Source: an uncultured virus (IMG/VR IMGVR_UViG_3300007171_000012) (taxonomy: Duplodnaviria > Heunggongvirae > Uroviricota > Caudoviricetes). Taken from it: a stretch of 64,000 nt of DNA. The stretch's first letter is position 1. Each line of letters opens with the position of its first letter. The translations under genes were made by a program, and so were the position numbers. The notes under the pieces are model-generated. The model did no database searches and was not told where the DNA came from. It saw only the letters and a program-made list of their open reading frames with translations. Where the stretch lies: the IMG/VR virus record IMGVR_UViG_3300007171_000012. One strand, written 5' to 3'. This document shows, in pieces, positions 26,626 through 36,910 of the stretch.

Positions 26626-27151
26626 TCCTAATGATGTAAAAGTGCCACTTCAAAAGACAGTGGAAGTTAAAAATGGAGTTGTTGAAGTATCTCTTTCTAA
26701 AAGAGATCCAGAAGCTTCTTTAGCATGTCAAGAATTCGTTTCTGCGTATGCTTCTATTGTAGAATCTACAGTCGAAGAAGCTATTGCCGAATTTGTTAAG
26801 TATGAATCAGCTATTATGGAAACTAGCGAATCGGCAGAATTAACTCCTGCTCAAAAGAAACTTCCGCCAAATGTGCAGAAGGCTATCATGGAAAAAATGA
26901 AGAAAAAAGGTGCTAAGAAAGAGCCAGAGAAAGGCGAAACTGGCAAGCACGAAAAATCTGAAACTAAGACTCAAGAAAAGTCCGAAGACATGCAAGAAGA
27001 AGAGTCTAAGGCTGATATGGGCGAATGCGAAGATGGAGAAGATGGCGAGCCTTGTGGAAAAGACTCTTGCGCTGTTTGCAAATCAAAAGCTTCTTCTCAA
27101 AAAACCAAAAATCTTACCAAAGACGATTATACTGACAAAACCAAGAAGTAA
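26615..27151 (+). CDS. hypothetical charged protein in the head module
   Basis: 178 aa between portal and protease. Confidence 0.6.
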   Translation: MKINPNDVKVPLQKTVEVKNGVVEVSLSKRDPEASLACQEFVSAYASIVESTVEEAIAEFVKYESAIMETSESAELTPAQKKLPPNVQKAIMEKMKKKGAKKEPEKGETGKHEKSETKTQEKSEDMQEEESKADMGECEDGEDGEPCGKDSCAVCKSKASSQKTKNLTKDDYTDKTKK

Positions 27152-28728
27152 TGCATAAAGACTTTACATATAAAACTTATTTTGATTGCCCTATCCAATT
27201 ATGCTCAATTGGAGAGAAGAGTTTTATATCTAAAGCTTCTCTTGATAACTTAAAGCCGCTTATTCCAAAAGAAATTGACTTTGAAGAAAATATAGATCTT
27301 CTTGGATTAGCTTATAATGCCGCCGTTATTAACATGTTTAATAAAAACGACGACGGTATGGACTCTGCTACAGCGGCAAGAGTAATCAAAAACTTTTTAC
27401 ATAAGCCTACGAATATCGAGCATGATAAATCAAAAGTAGTAGGCCACATTGTAAATGCAGGATTTAGCAAATTCGATGACGAAAATACTTTATTATCTAT
27501 TGATGATATTGCATCGATGAACGAGCCTTTTAATTTATCACTAGGTTCCGTTCTTTACAAATACGCTAATAAAGATTTTACAAAATTAATCATGAGATCT
27601 TTAGATCCTCAAGATTCAATGCATAATGAAATTTCGGCTAGTTGGGAAGTTGGATTTAGTGATTATAAAATTGCTATTGGAAATGAAAACCTAAAAGATG
27701 CAGAAATAATTAGCAATCCAAAGCATCTTGCAGAAATGAAGTCTAGCTTAAAAAGCTATGGAGGAAGCGGCAAATTAAAAGATGGAACTCGTATTCGCAG
27801 ATTATTGAGTGGAGAAATCTATCCTTTAGGAATTGGTTTTACTTCAAATCCTGCTGCAAAGGTAAAAGGTCTTGTTTCAGAAGATAGCGAAAATCAAGTC
27901 GAAATAAAAGACAAAAGAGATAAAAAAACATATTTCGACATTAAAAAAATAAATTTTAATAAAAAAACAAGCGAAGCAATTTCACAATTGGCTGCTGCTA
28001 ATGTAAAACACGAAAAAGAAACTATTATGGATGTAGAAAAAATTCTTTCTGAGGTTCAAGCTCTTCTTATCGAGAAAAAATTCTCTGAAGAGGCTGTTGC
28101 AAGTATGAGTAGCGTTTTCGCTGACGCAATTAAACAAAAAGATGTCGAATATCGCGCATCTCTTACAAAGGCAGAAGATGAAAAAGCTGCAATTGCCCAA
28201 GAGCATGAAACTCTTAAGGCTTCAGTTTCTGATCTTGAAGCAAAACTCACTGAGGCTACCCAAAAAATTACTGAGTTTGAAAATTTCAAGAAGCAAGAAG
28301 AAGCTGTTGCTCGTTTCAATTCTCGCATGGAAGTTATTGATCAAGCTTATGAACTTGACGATGAAGATCGCAAGGTTCTCGCAGAAGATCTCAAGAGCCT
28401 TGGCGATTCAGAAGAAGCTTTCGCATCTTACCAAGGCAAGCTTGCAATTATGTGGAGAGGCAAGAATAAGGAAGCTAAAGCTTCTTTAGATAAGTCAATC
28501 CAAGATAGAATTGATGAAGAAGTTGCTAAGAAGCTAGCATCTATTTCTCAAGCTTCTGAACAAACCAAGCAAGAAACTGACAAGGAACTTGCTGAAAAAG
28601 CTCTTGACAAAGCAGAAGCTTCCGACAAGGGGCTTCCTAATTCTAACGAAGACTCTTCAAGAGAACAACCAACTTTACGCGAAAAGTTTGCAAATGCATT
28701 CGCTCGCGAAAACATTTTAATCTCCTAA
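27151..28728 (+). CDS. prohead protease fused to coiled-coil scaffold
   Basis: NKNDD, KPTNIEH, SASWEV, GIGFTSNPA, then a long coiled coil; lies before the capsid genes. Confidence 0.75.
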   Translation: MHKDFTYKTYFDCPIQLCSIGEKSFISKASLDNLKPLIPKEIDFEENIDLLGLAYNAAVINMFNKNDDGMDSATAARVIKNFLHKPTNIEHDKSKVVGHIVNAGFSKFDDENTLLSIDDIASMNEPFNLSLGSVLYKYANKDFTKLIMRSLDPQDSMHNEISASWEVGFSDYKIAIGNENLKDAEIISNPKHLAEMKSSLKSYGGSGKLKDGTRIRRLLSGEIYPLGIGFTSNPAAKVKGLVSEDSENQVEIKDKRDKKTYFDIKKINFNKKTSEAISQLAAANVKHEKETIMDVEKILSEVQALLIEKKFSEEAVASMSSVFADAIKQKDVEYRASLTKAEDEKAAIAQEHETLKASVSDLEAKLTEATQKITEFENFKKQEEAVARFNSRMEVIDQAYELDDEDRKVLAEDLKSLGDSEEAFASYQGKLAIMWRGKNKEAKASLDKSIQDRIDEEVAKKLASISQASEQTKQETDKELAEKALDKAEASDKGLPNSNEDSSREQPTLREKFANAFARENILIS

Positions 28729-28752
28729 ATAAAACTCTAAATAAACAAATAT

Positions 28753-29388
28753 ATGGCACTTAGAACACTACCATTCAGACAATATAGCGACAATGATGTT
28801 ATCAACATGTTCGCTCTCGGGACTGGATACGTTAACAACGCTGTAACTGACACTGGAAACGGTGACGCTGGCGTTTTCGTTACCGTTGAATCTGGAAACC
28901 TTAATGTTGACACCATTACCTATGATAATGCTTATGCATCTTATCTTGGTAAGGTTGACTATCCATTCGTTGGATCTAACCAGTATCCAAGAGTTAGCCT
29001 TAGCTTGAAGCCAGCGACCTCTGGTGACGCGCTTCTTGGCATGACTCTTCGCCAAACTGCAAAGGTTGACGAAAACGGTGAAAAGCTTCTTTATTACCCA
29101 CAAAAGGCAGAAGAACTTATGTGCATGCTTCCAGGACAATCTGTTCCTGTTGCTGCTCGCGGTATCTTTACCATCACTGACGCTGCTTATGTTGGTTCCA
29201 TCGGTATCGGATCTGGTCTTAAGCTTCCTTCAGGCGTTAGCGGTAAGCTCACTGGTTGCGCAGTTACTGACGCAAACCAAATCGCTATCGTTATCGCAAC
29301 TGGTTCTCGCACATCTTCTACCTCGATTGCTGACCAGTTCGCAGGAACTACTACTGGCGCTTACGCGATCATCGGTCTTCGCCTCTAA
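28753..29388 (+). CDS. capsid decoration/cement protein
   Basis: G/A/T-rich with biased codons; directly upstream of the MCP. Confidence 0.55.
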   Translation: MALRTLPFRQYSDNDVINMFALGTGYVNNAVTDTGNGDAGVFVTVESGNLNVDTITYDNAYASYLGKVDYPFVGSNQYPRVSLSLKPATSGDALLGMTLRQTAKVDENGEKLLYYPQKAEELMCMLPGQSVPVAARGIFTITDAAYVGSIGIGSGLKLPSGVSGKLTGCAVTDANQIAIVIATGSRTSSTSIADQFAGTTTGAYAIIGLRL

Positions 29389-29409
29389 TACTAACTCGAA
29401 AATAATTAT

Positions 29410-30552
29410 ATGAAAATTACTTTAAAAAGAACCCCTGAACAAATCGAATTGATCAAGGCAATGGCTTCTAAGAACAAGAATGTTGCTATGGAAGCTCAAA
29501 TTGCTCTTGCTGATTTCATCGGTCCTGTTTTGGCAGAAGTGATCAATAATGCTCCAACTTTGAGCAATCTTTTCACCAGCCTTCAGTTCAACGCTGATGA
29601 TAATCCAAGTATTCCGCTTGATCTTTATTATGACGTAACCGCAGAAGACTATATCACTGTTTATAGCCAAAGCGCTGCGGGTGGTCTTCCACAGAACCAA
29701 GTTCTTCCAACTGTTTCTGAAATGAAGATTCACACCTATACACTCGACTCAGCACTCAGCTTCGACAAGCGTTATGCTGCTAAGAGCCGTATGGACGTTG
29801 TTAGCAAGACCTTTACTCGTTTAGCTCAAGAAATTCTCTTCAAGCAAGAGAAGACTTCTGCTAACCTTCTTTTGGGCTCCCTTGCAAACGCTACCACAAA
29901 TGGTAAGAAGCACGTTCAGCGTGCAAATACCAATGGTCGCTTCTTGCTTGCAGACCTTAACGAACTCTTCACTCTTGCTAAGAGAATCAACACCTCATGG
30001 CTTGGTGGAACTCCAGAGTCTCGTTCTGGCCGTGGTCTTACCGACCTTATTGTTTCCCCAGAAGTTGTTCAAGAGCTTCGCTCAATGGCTTACAACCCAA
30101 TCAATACCAAGGGCGCTCCTGCTGGTGGCACCTTGAATAATGGCATCACTGTTCCAGAAGATATGAGAACCTCTATCTTTAATAGCGCAGGTATCCCAGA
30201 ATTCTATGGTGTTTCTATCATGGAAATCAACGAACTTGGCCGTGGTCAACGCTTCAACTCCGTCTTCGACGCTGTTGCAGGAACCACTAGCTACTCTAAT
30301 GTTGGTGGCACCAGCACTGGTGTATTCGATGGAGCCAACGAAGAAATCATCATCGGTCTTGACCGTAGCCGCGACTCTCTTGTTCGCGCTGTTGCAGTTG
30401 ATTCTGAGAATGGTTCTGAGTTCTCGCTTACCGCTGATGACCAATACAGCTTGCGTCAAAACAAGATTGGTTACTTCGGTTCCATGGAAGAAGGACGTAT
30501 GGTTCTTGACACTCGCGCCCTTGTTGGTAAGATTGTCTCTGGACTTGCTTGA
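29410..30552 (+). CDS. major capsid protein
   Basis: 380 aa, strongly biased codons, position, LTDLIVSPE motif, followed by a strong terminator. Confidence 0.8.
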   Translation: MKITLKRTPEQIELIKAMASKNKNVAMEAQIALADFIGPVLAEVINNAPTLSNLFTSLQFNADDNPSIPLDLYYDVTAEDYITVYSQSAAGGLPQNQVLPTVSEMKIHTYTLDSALSFDKRYAAKSRMDVVSKTFTRLAQEILFKQEKTSANLLLGSLANATTNGKKHVQRANTNGRFLLADLNELFTLAKRINTSWLGGTPESRSGRGLTDLIVSPEVVQELRSMAYNPINTKGAPAGGTLNNGITVPEDMRTSIFNSAGIPEFYGVSIMEINELGRGQRFNSVFDAVAGTTSYSNVGGTSTGVFDGANEEIIIGLDRSRDSLVRAVAVDSENGSEFSLTADDQYSLRQNKIGYFGSMEEGRMVLDTRALVGKIVSGLA

Positions 30553-30568
30553 TAAACCCCTCAAATTT

Positions 30569-30601
30569 AGGGCCGCTCCGAAAGGGGCGGCTCTTTTTTT
30601 T
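30569..30601 (+). terminator. rho-independent terminator
   Basis: GGGCCGCTCC-GAAA-GGGGCGGCTC followed by T8. Confidence 0.9.
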
Positions 30602-30636
30602 GTTTAAAAAACGACATTATATCGTATAATTAAATT

Positions 30637-31080
30637 ATGGAAGAATTTGAAACCACAAATGGAGCATTAAAGAATGAAGAATCCGCTGCTAGTATTAACA
30701 ATCCAAAACAGATTTTGCAGCAAATTCAAGAAATGAGAGAAAGGGGAGATGTTTCTTCTCCAGAGTTTATTTCGAAGATGAGACAATTAGAAATCATCTT
30801 GGGTGTATCTCAAATCAGCCCATTCGGCACGAATGAATTAGAAATCTTTGAAGAAAATATTCAAGAAATGTCTAATGCTGACATGCAAAGATTGGCAACA
30901 AAAGTTGGAGTAAATCCTTTTCAAGAAAGAGCAGTCTTAAAGAAAATCTTGCTTAAAGAATTCCAAAATCAAACTAAAAATAGCCGACGCAATATCATGC
31001 CGACATCTGTGAATAGTTTTATTCCTGATCCAACTAATCCCAAGCATCAGAAATTAATCAAAATCCTTGGCGATAATTAA
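30637..31080 (+). CDS. hypothetical protein
   Basis: 147-aa ORF. Confidence 0.7.
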   Translation: MEEFETTNGALKNEESAASINNPKQILQQIQEMRERGDVSSPEFISKMRQLEIILGVSQISPFGTNELEIFEENIQEMSNADMQRLATKVGVNPFQERAVLKKILLKEFQNQTKNSRRNIMPTSVNSFIPDPTNPKHQKLIKILGDN

Positions 31081-31094
31081 GTGTAATATATTAC

Positions 31095-31574
31095 ATGAGC
31101 GTTCTTAGCGATTTAGCATTAAAAATTTTCCAGACAGAGTTTGACGGCGATACAGGCGTAATGTATCAGTCTTATATTGAGGCTTGGCTTTATAATAATC
31201 TTGGCCAGTTGAATACGAGATTAAATGAATCATTTAGTGGAGTTGACGCTCCATTGAATCTAGAAGCCCAAGCAATCTACAAAGAGATGTATATGGGCAA
31301 TTACTACCGCAAACAGTCTAGAAGCGCTCTGAGGGGGCTTATTGGCAATACAAATGGCGCTGATATTCTTAGTCTTAAAGATGGAAATAGTTCCGTATCA
31401 TTTACAAATAAAAATGAGGTAGCTAAGGTTTATAAATCTATGGCTGATGACTGTGAAAAGAAAATCAATGAACTGTCTCATCGCTACAACATTTATCAAT
31501 CTGAACCTCTTCAATTGGGAGGAATTGAAACGACATTTTTATCAACTCTAGAGATGTATAACAAAGTGAGATAA
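31095..31574 (+). CDS. putative head-tail adaptor
   Basis: Helical 159 aa after the capsid genes; GTGTAATAT upstream. Confidence 0.45.
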   Translation: MSVLSDLALKIFQTEFDGDTGVMYQSYIEAWLYNNLGQLNTRLNESFSGVDAPLNLEAQAIYKEMYMGNYYRKQSRSALRGLIGNTNGADILSLKDGNSSVSFTNKNEVAKVYKSMADDCEKKINELSHRYNIYQSEPLQLGGIETTFLSTLEMYNKVR

Positions 31575-31575
31575 T

Positions 31576-31603
31576 AAAAAAGCCCGCCTTTCGGCGGGCT
31601 TTC
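31576..31603. terminator. bidirectional terminator
   Basis: AAAAAAGCCCGCC-TTTC-GGCGGGCTTT between convergent genes. Confidence 0.85.
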
Positions 31604-31607
31604 TAAT

Positions 31608-32579
31608 TTATGGAGTTATACCGCTAAAATTAACGTATAATTTTCGAAGAGGTGGAATTAAAGCGGCCACATCTTCAGCGGACGTGTCCAATTGAATCGT
31701 ATGATCATCAATAACTGTATAGTGAATCATTGGTTCGTCTGGATAAATAGCAATAGTATCCGTCATCCCAGTGGCGAATATTTGTGCAGAATCAAATGGC
31801 AAAGGAGCTTTCACTTCTTCTTGTGGGCCTTTGTATAGATTATCACCGCTCCAATAAAAAGAAACATGCCCAAGATCTTGCATATCTACTCCTCCACTAA
31901 ATGTAATGCTTTTTACAATCGAATTAGAATTCAATCCAGAAATAGTAAGTTCACTTGGAATGGTTTCAAAATAAATACTTCTTTTATTCCAAGAGTAATT
32001 ATTATTATCAAATCTAATTCCATCAAATCCTGATGGAATATCATCTATACGGCATCTTGCTTTGATGTTTGATATTGGGGTCATATCAAATCCAATTGAA
32101 TTTATATATGGATATGAAAGAGGAATCCATGTTAAATCTAAAATATTGGTTCCAGAAGTTGCATCTGCTACAAACATAATTCCAGGTGATTCATAATTTT
32201 TAGGTCCAATAGCCCAAAACCCTCCAGAAGTGTAAGCAAGAATAAATCCATTTGGATTGCCATATTCTTGCCAAACACCGCTATTATTTTTAATAGCAAC
32301 ATAATCTGGATATGAACCAAAATCAACATATGCACGATCAAATGGAAGATTTAATTGGTCCATAAGTATGATTTTTAATTTACCAGACGCATCTAATATA
32401 AGACCATCATTATCATCTCCATTTAACGTGAATGAAAAATGAATAATTGGATTAGATTTATCTAAATCGGTTATGTAAGAAACTATTGGAGAGTAATCTT
32501 TATACAGAGCATAAAATTGATTAGACCCATTCCAATAGCCAGTATTTGTTTCAAATTGTGAATAATCTATTGTTGACAT
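31608..32579 (-). CDS. AT-rich, aromatic-rich hypothetical protein (possible virion accessory)
   Basis: 323 aa downstream of the tube gene. Confidence 0.6.
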   Translation of the reverse strand: MSTIDYSQFETNTGYWNGSNQFYALYKDYSPIVSYITDLDKSNPIIHFSFTLNGDDNDGLILDASGKLKIILMDQLNLPFDRAYVDFGSYPDYVAIKNNSGVWQEYGNPNGFILAYTSGGFWAIGPKNYESPGIMFVADATSGTNILDLTWIPLSYPYINSIGFDMTPISNIKARCRIDDIPSGFDGIRFDNNNYSWNKRSIYFETIPSELTISGLNSNSIVKSITFSGGVDMQDLGHVSFYWSGDNLYKGPQEEVKAPLPFDSAQIFATGMTDTIAIYPDEPMIHYTVIDDHTIQLDTSAEDVAALIPPLRKLYVNFSGITP

Positions 32580-32617
32580 TTTTTTTGTTTATTAATTTGT
32601 TTTGGCCCCTATGAATT

Positions 32618-32648
32618 AAAAAGGAGGGTTAGTTACCTAACCCTCCTT
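32618..32648 (-). terminator. terminator after the tail tube gene
   Basis: AAGGAGGGTTAG-TTAC-CTAACCCTCCTT, 12-bp stem with a flanking A-run. Confidence 0.8.
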
Positions 32649-32726
32649 ATATATTTATTTAAACTGACGGAGCAAAAGCTCCATAAATACCAAATTCAGC
32701 ATAAAAACTTGGTTCAGAGGGGCTAA

Positions 32727-33833
32727 TTAAAAAGGGCTTCCTGTATAAGAACCGCTTACTCTAATACCGTTAACAGCATCGTTAGCACCACCAATTTGAG
32801 TTGAGAATGTCAAGTCAACAGTCTTATTGGAACCGATAGAGCTTGAGAAACCAACTGAGTCTAACTGAGCGTTAGTAATGGTATAAGTAATAGCGACATT
32901 ATTTGTTCCAGGTTGCTTAACGCTAATGGTGATATCATTCTTTGGATTATTTTGAACGAGATCAATCAAGCTTCCTTGAGAAGTTTCAGATTGAATACCA
33001 TTAAGGGTAAGAGTAGAAACAATTGGGAAGTCAACTGTTCTTGCAAACGCGAACTTGGTGCCAAGTTGTTGAATTGGAGTTCTTCCAAGAGGAAGAGCAA
33101 GGCTTGCGCTTTGAATGTGCAAATCAGTAAGAGAAGTAAATCCTCCAACACCAGTTCCAGTGAACCCACCGAAAGAAACAGTTACGTCACCAGGTCGAAG
33201 AGCCGAAATTGTGCCGTCAACAGCCGCTCCAGTTTGGTTAGCAGAATTTGGCAAAATAACTCCAAGACCAATAGATGTTCCAGATTGAGGAACAACGCCT
33301 GCGCCAGAACCGCTATTGCCCGCTGCAATATTGAAAGCGTTCATATTAGAACCTTCGAAACTTACAGATGCAGTAGGAATACTACCAACAGCAAGATCAA
33401 GAGTATAATTAGTCAAATATGCATTACCAACTCCAATTGCTGACTTTCCGCTAAGATTTGCTTCAGCATTAAGGTCAGAACCTTCGGAAGTGGTAACAAT
33501 ATAGAAATTGCGGCCTGTTCCGTCTTGAACGTGACCAGATGGGAATTGTCCAGAAGATGCGCCACCAGTTTGAACGTAGAAACCAAGCGCTCTTTCGTTT
33601 TTACCATCAGTTACATAATAGGTAAAATCAAGACCAACAGTTGGAGTCTCAAGAACAATAGAGTCGATACGAGCAAGTTGCCCATATTGGTTAACATCTT
33701 GACGAGCAATGTTGAAATTGTAATTAGCGGATTGAACTCTCTTGAGTTGGAAGTGATCTCCACTGCCAGTAGAATTGTATTCTTTACTTACATAAAGACC
33801 TTCAGATTGATAAATTACTCTGTTTCGTGCCAT
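32727..33833 (-). CDS. major tail tube protein (putative)
   Basis: 368 aa, G/S/T-rich beta protein with biased codons, downstream of the neck genes. Confidence 0.65.
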   Translation of the reverse strand: MARNRVIYQSEGLYVSKEYNSTGSGDHFQLKRVQSANYNFNIARQDVNQYGQLARIDSIVLETPTVGLDFTYYVTDGKNERALGFYVQTGGASSGQFPSGHVQDGTGRNFYIVTTSEGSDLNAEANLSGKSAIGVGNAYLTNYTLDLAVGSIPTASVSFEGSNMNAFNIAAGNSGSGAGVVPQSGTSIGLGVILPNSANQTGAAVDGTISALRPGDVTVSFGGFTGTGVGGFTSLTDLHIQSASLALPLGRTPIQQLGTKFAFARTVDFPIVSTLTLNGIQSETSQGSLIDLVQNNPKNDITISVKQPGTNNVAITYTITNAQLDSVGFSSSIGSNKTVDLTFSTQIGGANDAVNGIRVSGSYTGSPF

Positions 33834-33884
33834 AAATTTTTATGTTTACTGTCTTTACAACTTAATTCAAAAAAAGTGAAATTT

Positions 33885-34733
33885 TTATATTCTAGGATAA
33901 CGTTGTTGGTGAATTTCAAAATCAATAAATCCAACATACAAATCATTCGTCAAACTCTTTGAGGATTTGTCTGATAATTTTGACGTATCAACATCATTAA
34001 CAAAGAATAATTGATTGTTTTGGTATTGAGATTTTAAAGCTTCATAAGAATAAAATCCACTTTTTAAATCTCCATATTCAGTAATAGGATGAGCCTCAAA
34101 TGGAATAGTCGGAAATACCGATTGTTTGGAATCGGCAAATATAGAGAGAATACCTTCTAATTGATATGAGTTTTCGGCTAATATAACAGCCTTCATAAGT
34201 ATTTTGGTCGTATCTTCTCCACCAAAAGAAAATGGATCATTTTTAACAGTAGAGCTAGATAAGAAAATAGCAGGAATAACTGCATCATAAGGATTTACAT
34301 AATTTTCTTGAGGAGAATACACTCTAGGATTTGCCACGAATTTTCTGTCAATCAACAAGTCTTCTTCTGTTTCATTGGTAAAATAGATATTAAAATCTTT
34401 GACTGCGAAAGATCCTGTAACAAAATCGTTTTGAGAAATTCCGCTAGATAAAATGCGGCCATTGTCAAAATCAAAGATGATGCCATCGCTGCGATTTTTT
34501 TGGACTCCATTGATAAATATACCAGTTGGAATATTAGCTCCTGAGATAGAACTATCTGTAACCCATTGTTTATAAGGACTTCCAAAAGTCTCAAAACGAG
34601 GATCTAAACGATCATCTGCATAGTGATAAAGTTTTCCTGTTTTGTTTGAAAAAGCTTCTCCTTTTTTGATAAGATAGTTATCAAACCATAAGAAAAAAGA
34701 AGTTGTTGCGCTGTGGATAAATTGAGGCTTCAT
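33885..34733 (-). CDS. putative tail terminator/neck protein
   Basis: Position upstream of the tube gene; IPAIFLS motif. Confidence 0.45.
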   Translation of the reverse strand: MKPQFIHSATTSFFLWFDNYLIKKGEAFSNKTGKLYHYADDRLDPRFETFGSPYKQWVTDSSISGANIPTGIFINGVQKNRSDGIIFDFDNGRILSSGISQNDFVTGSFAVKDFNIYFTNETEEDLLIDRKFVANPRVYSPQENYVNPYDAVIPAIFLSSSTVKNDPFSFGGEDTTKILMKAVILAENSYQLEGILSIFADSKQSVFPTIPFEAHPITEYGDLKSGFYSYEALKSQYQNNQLFFVNDVDTSKLSDKSSKSLTNDLYVGFIDFEIHQQRYPRI

Positions 34734-35347
34734 AATTTGGCTATTCTTATTTTAGAGTAATTGATTGATGTAAATTTTTGAGTATATTTATTTATTAAAG
34801 AAGAAATGTAAGGTGTGTTTTTGAATTTCCCAGAAGATATTTTTTTATCAACTTGAATACCGCCTTCAGATCGACCTTGGTTGAATTTTTGAAGATAAAA
34901 ACCAAGTCCAGAAATTCCAGACTCTATTCCTTTTGCCCAACTTCTTCCCTGCGCCCACGGCATGGGAGTAATGGCAAAAATTGATTCGGCTGTTGGTATT
35001 GTAATTTTGACTATAAAATTTTTTCTATTATTGTATAAGAATTTTATATTTGACTGTTCTAGAAGATTAATAATTTGTGAAATTGGATCGTCTGAAGCAT
35101 CGAAGCCAATAAAAGAAAAAAGATTGCCTGTTCTATTTGATAGTGTTCCAGAAGTATTTTCCGCATTGATTCCATTCATGATTTCTTCCGTTACTGGATG
35201 ATTCATAAACTCTTGGATCATTTCTTCTTTGATTCTATCAAACTCTTCGGTTAAAGATTGTTGCAAATATTGCTTCCCAATAAGCTGAATAGCTTGCTTC
35301 TCAACCTCTGCTAAAGTTGAAGGTGGTATTACGATTCTACGGCTCAT
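34730..35347 (-). CDS. putative tail completion/neck protein
   Basis: Position; RTGNL...SWAKGIESG...KNTPYI. Confidence 0.45.
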   Translation of the reverse strand: MSRRIVIPPSTLAEVEKQAIQLIGKQYLQQSLTEEFDRIKEEMIQEFMNHPVTEEIMNGINAENTSGTLSNRTGNLFSFIGFDASDDPISQIINLLEQSNIKFLYNNRKNFIVKITIPTAESIFAITPMPWAQGRSWAKGIESGISGLGFYLQKFNQGRSEGGIQVDKKISSGKFKNTPYISSLINKYTQKFTSINYSKIRIAKL

Positions 35348-35811
35348 TCATTAAGAGGTGTTAAGTGGAATTCATAGAAGATATTATTGAATAAACCTTC
35401 TGGGTTAGCATGATTACCCGCGCTTCGAATTGAGTAAACGACTCCATCAAATTCAACTTTGCGCGCTTCTTTAATAAATGAATAAGCATCGGCATCTACA
35501 ATAATTTTTACAAATCCTTGAGGCAAAATAAGCTTATCATTTGAACCATTAAGGCCGCGACCATTATAAAAGAATTCTTGCTCAGATTTGACAAAGTAAA
35601 CTCTCGCTTTAAATGTCTTTGAAATCATCTCATATTGAATGCTTTGAGATGGCCCTTTATCTCCATAAATACTGTTGAATGTCGGAGAACTGCTTATACA
35701 AATACCTTGAGCATTTTTATAGACAGTGATTTCTTTAACAAATGTATCGTGCAAATTGCGCAAAACAGTTTCGATACTTTGTTGTCTTGCTTCACTAATT
35801 AAACTTGGCAT
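35344..35811 (-). CDS. putative head-closure protein
   Basis: Start MPSLISE lies 5 nt after GTGTAAAAT; KTFKARV...VEFDGVVYSI. Confidence 0.45.
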   Translation of the reverse strand: MPSLISEARQQSIETVLRNLHDTFVKEITVYKNAQGICISSSPTFNSIYGDKGPSQSIQYEMISKTFKARVYFVKSEQEFFYNGRGLNGSNDKLILPQGFVKIIVDADAYSFIKEARKVEFDGVVYSIRSAGNHANPEGLFNNIFYEFHLTPLNE

Positions 35812-35856
35812 ATTGAATTTTACACTTTTTTTTATATTATTAAATAAGGTATAAGG

Positions 35857-36144
35857 ATGAATGCTCAAAATTCCCTAGAAAAACGATATAAACAGTCAAC
35901 AACACTGTTATTTAAAACGATGTTGAAGATTGTAGAAGATATGAAAGCAGATCATGATTATCATTATCGCAAGCTTTATGAAAATATCCCTAGTGAATAT
36001 CATGGGATAATCAATGCGGCAAATCATTTTGATGATCAAAAATCTAATTGGATTAGAAAAAAAATACTAGATGTTGGTAATGAATCTTTAAGAGATTTCT
36101 CATCAGAACTAGAAAATTATACCGTAACATTTATATTTAAATAA
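35857..36144 (+). CDS. hypothetical protein
   Basis: 95 aa; IRKKILDVGNE motif. Confidence 0.65.
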   Translation: MNAQNSLEKRYKQSTTLLFKTMLKIVEDMKADHDYHYRKLYENIPSEYHGIINAANHFDDQKSNWIRKKILDVGNESLRDFSSELENYTVTFIFK

Positions 36145-36148
36145 CCAT

Positions 36149-36910
36149 ATGGACAAAACATTCAAGGAACTATATAGCTTTGTGGTAGATCGCGAAGTTG
36201 AAAAGGAAGAAGTCAGCACAAAAATTGACAAAAAAACAAAGGAAGAAATCACAGTAAAGAAAAAAGTCACTGTAAAAGAGCCTGTTACTATCAAGCTCAA
36301 AAGACCTTCTCGCCGCGAGCTTGAAGAAGCTGAACTTGAGTTTAGTGTTGAAATGAGCCGATGCGTAAAGAAGGGAATCTTAACCAAGGCTATGTTAGCG
36401 AAAAAGTATAGCGACAGTGGCGGCTTGATGAGTGAAGATGATGCAAAATCACTTGTCGATTCTTATAAGAAGATTTTTGATTTGCAAAATGAATTCTCCA
36501 GATTGGAGATCGTTCAAAATAAGAGCGAAAAACAAACAGAAAGAGTTTCTGAAATCACTAAAGAATTGGCCGAAGTCCGCCGCCAGATTGTTGAATTTGA
36601 ATCCAATTATCAATCTTTATTTGATCACACTGCTGATGTGAAAGCTCAGAATCGTCTTATTTTGTGGTATGTTATCATGTTGACCTATATTCAAAGTCAA
36701 GATGATGAAAGCCCAGTTCCTTATTTTGGCAAAGGTGATTTTGAAACAAAGCTTGAAGAATATTACAAAAAAGAAGAGTCTGATGATTCTCTGTATTTCT
36801 TAATTGCTAAGAAGGCTGCGACTATTTTGGCGTTTTGGTTCTTTAACCAAGCATCTGATAAAGAATCTTTCGACAGTCTTATGAAGAAACTTGAAAACGA
36901 CGAAGTGTGA
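36149..36910 (+). CDS. putative tail assembly chaperone
   Basis: Helical, upstream of the TMP. Confidence 0.5.
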   Translation: MDKTFKELYSFVVDREVEKEEVSTKIDKKTKEEITVKKKVTVKEPVTIKLKRPSRRELEEAELEFSVEMSRCVKKGILTKAMLAKKYSDSGGLMSEDDAKSLVDSYKKIFDLQNEFSRLEIVQNKSEKQTERVSEITKELAEVRRQIVEFESNYQSLFDHTADVKAQNRLILWYVIMLTYIQSQDDESPVPYFGKGDFETKLEEYYKKEESDDSLYFLIAKKAATILAFWFFNQASDKESFDSLMKKLENDEV

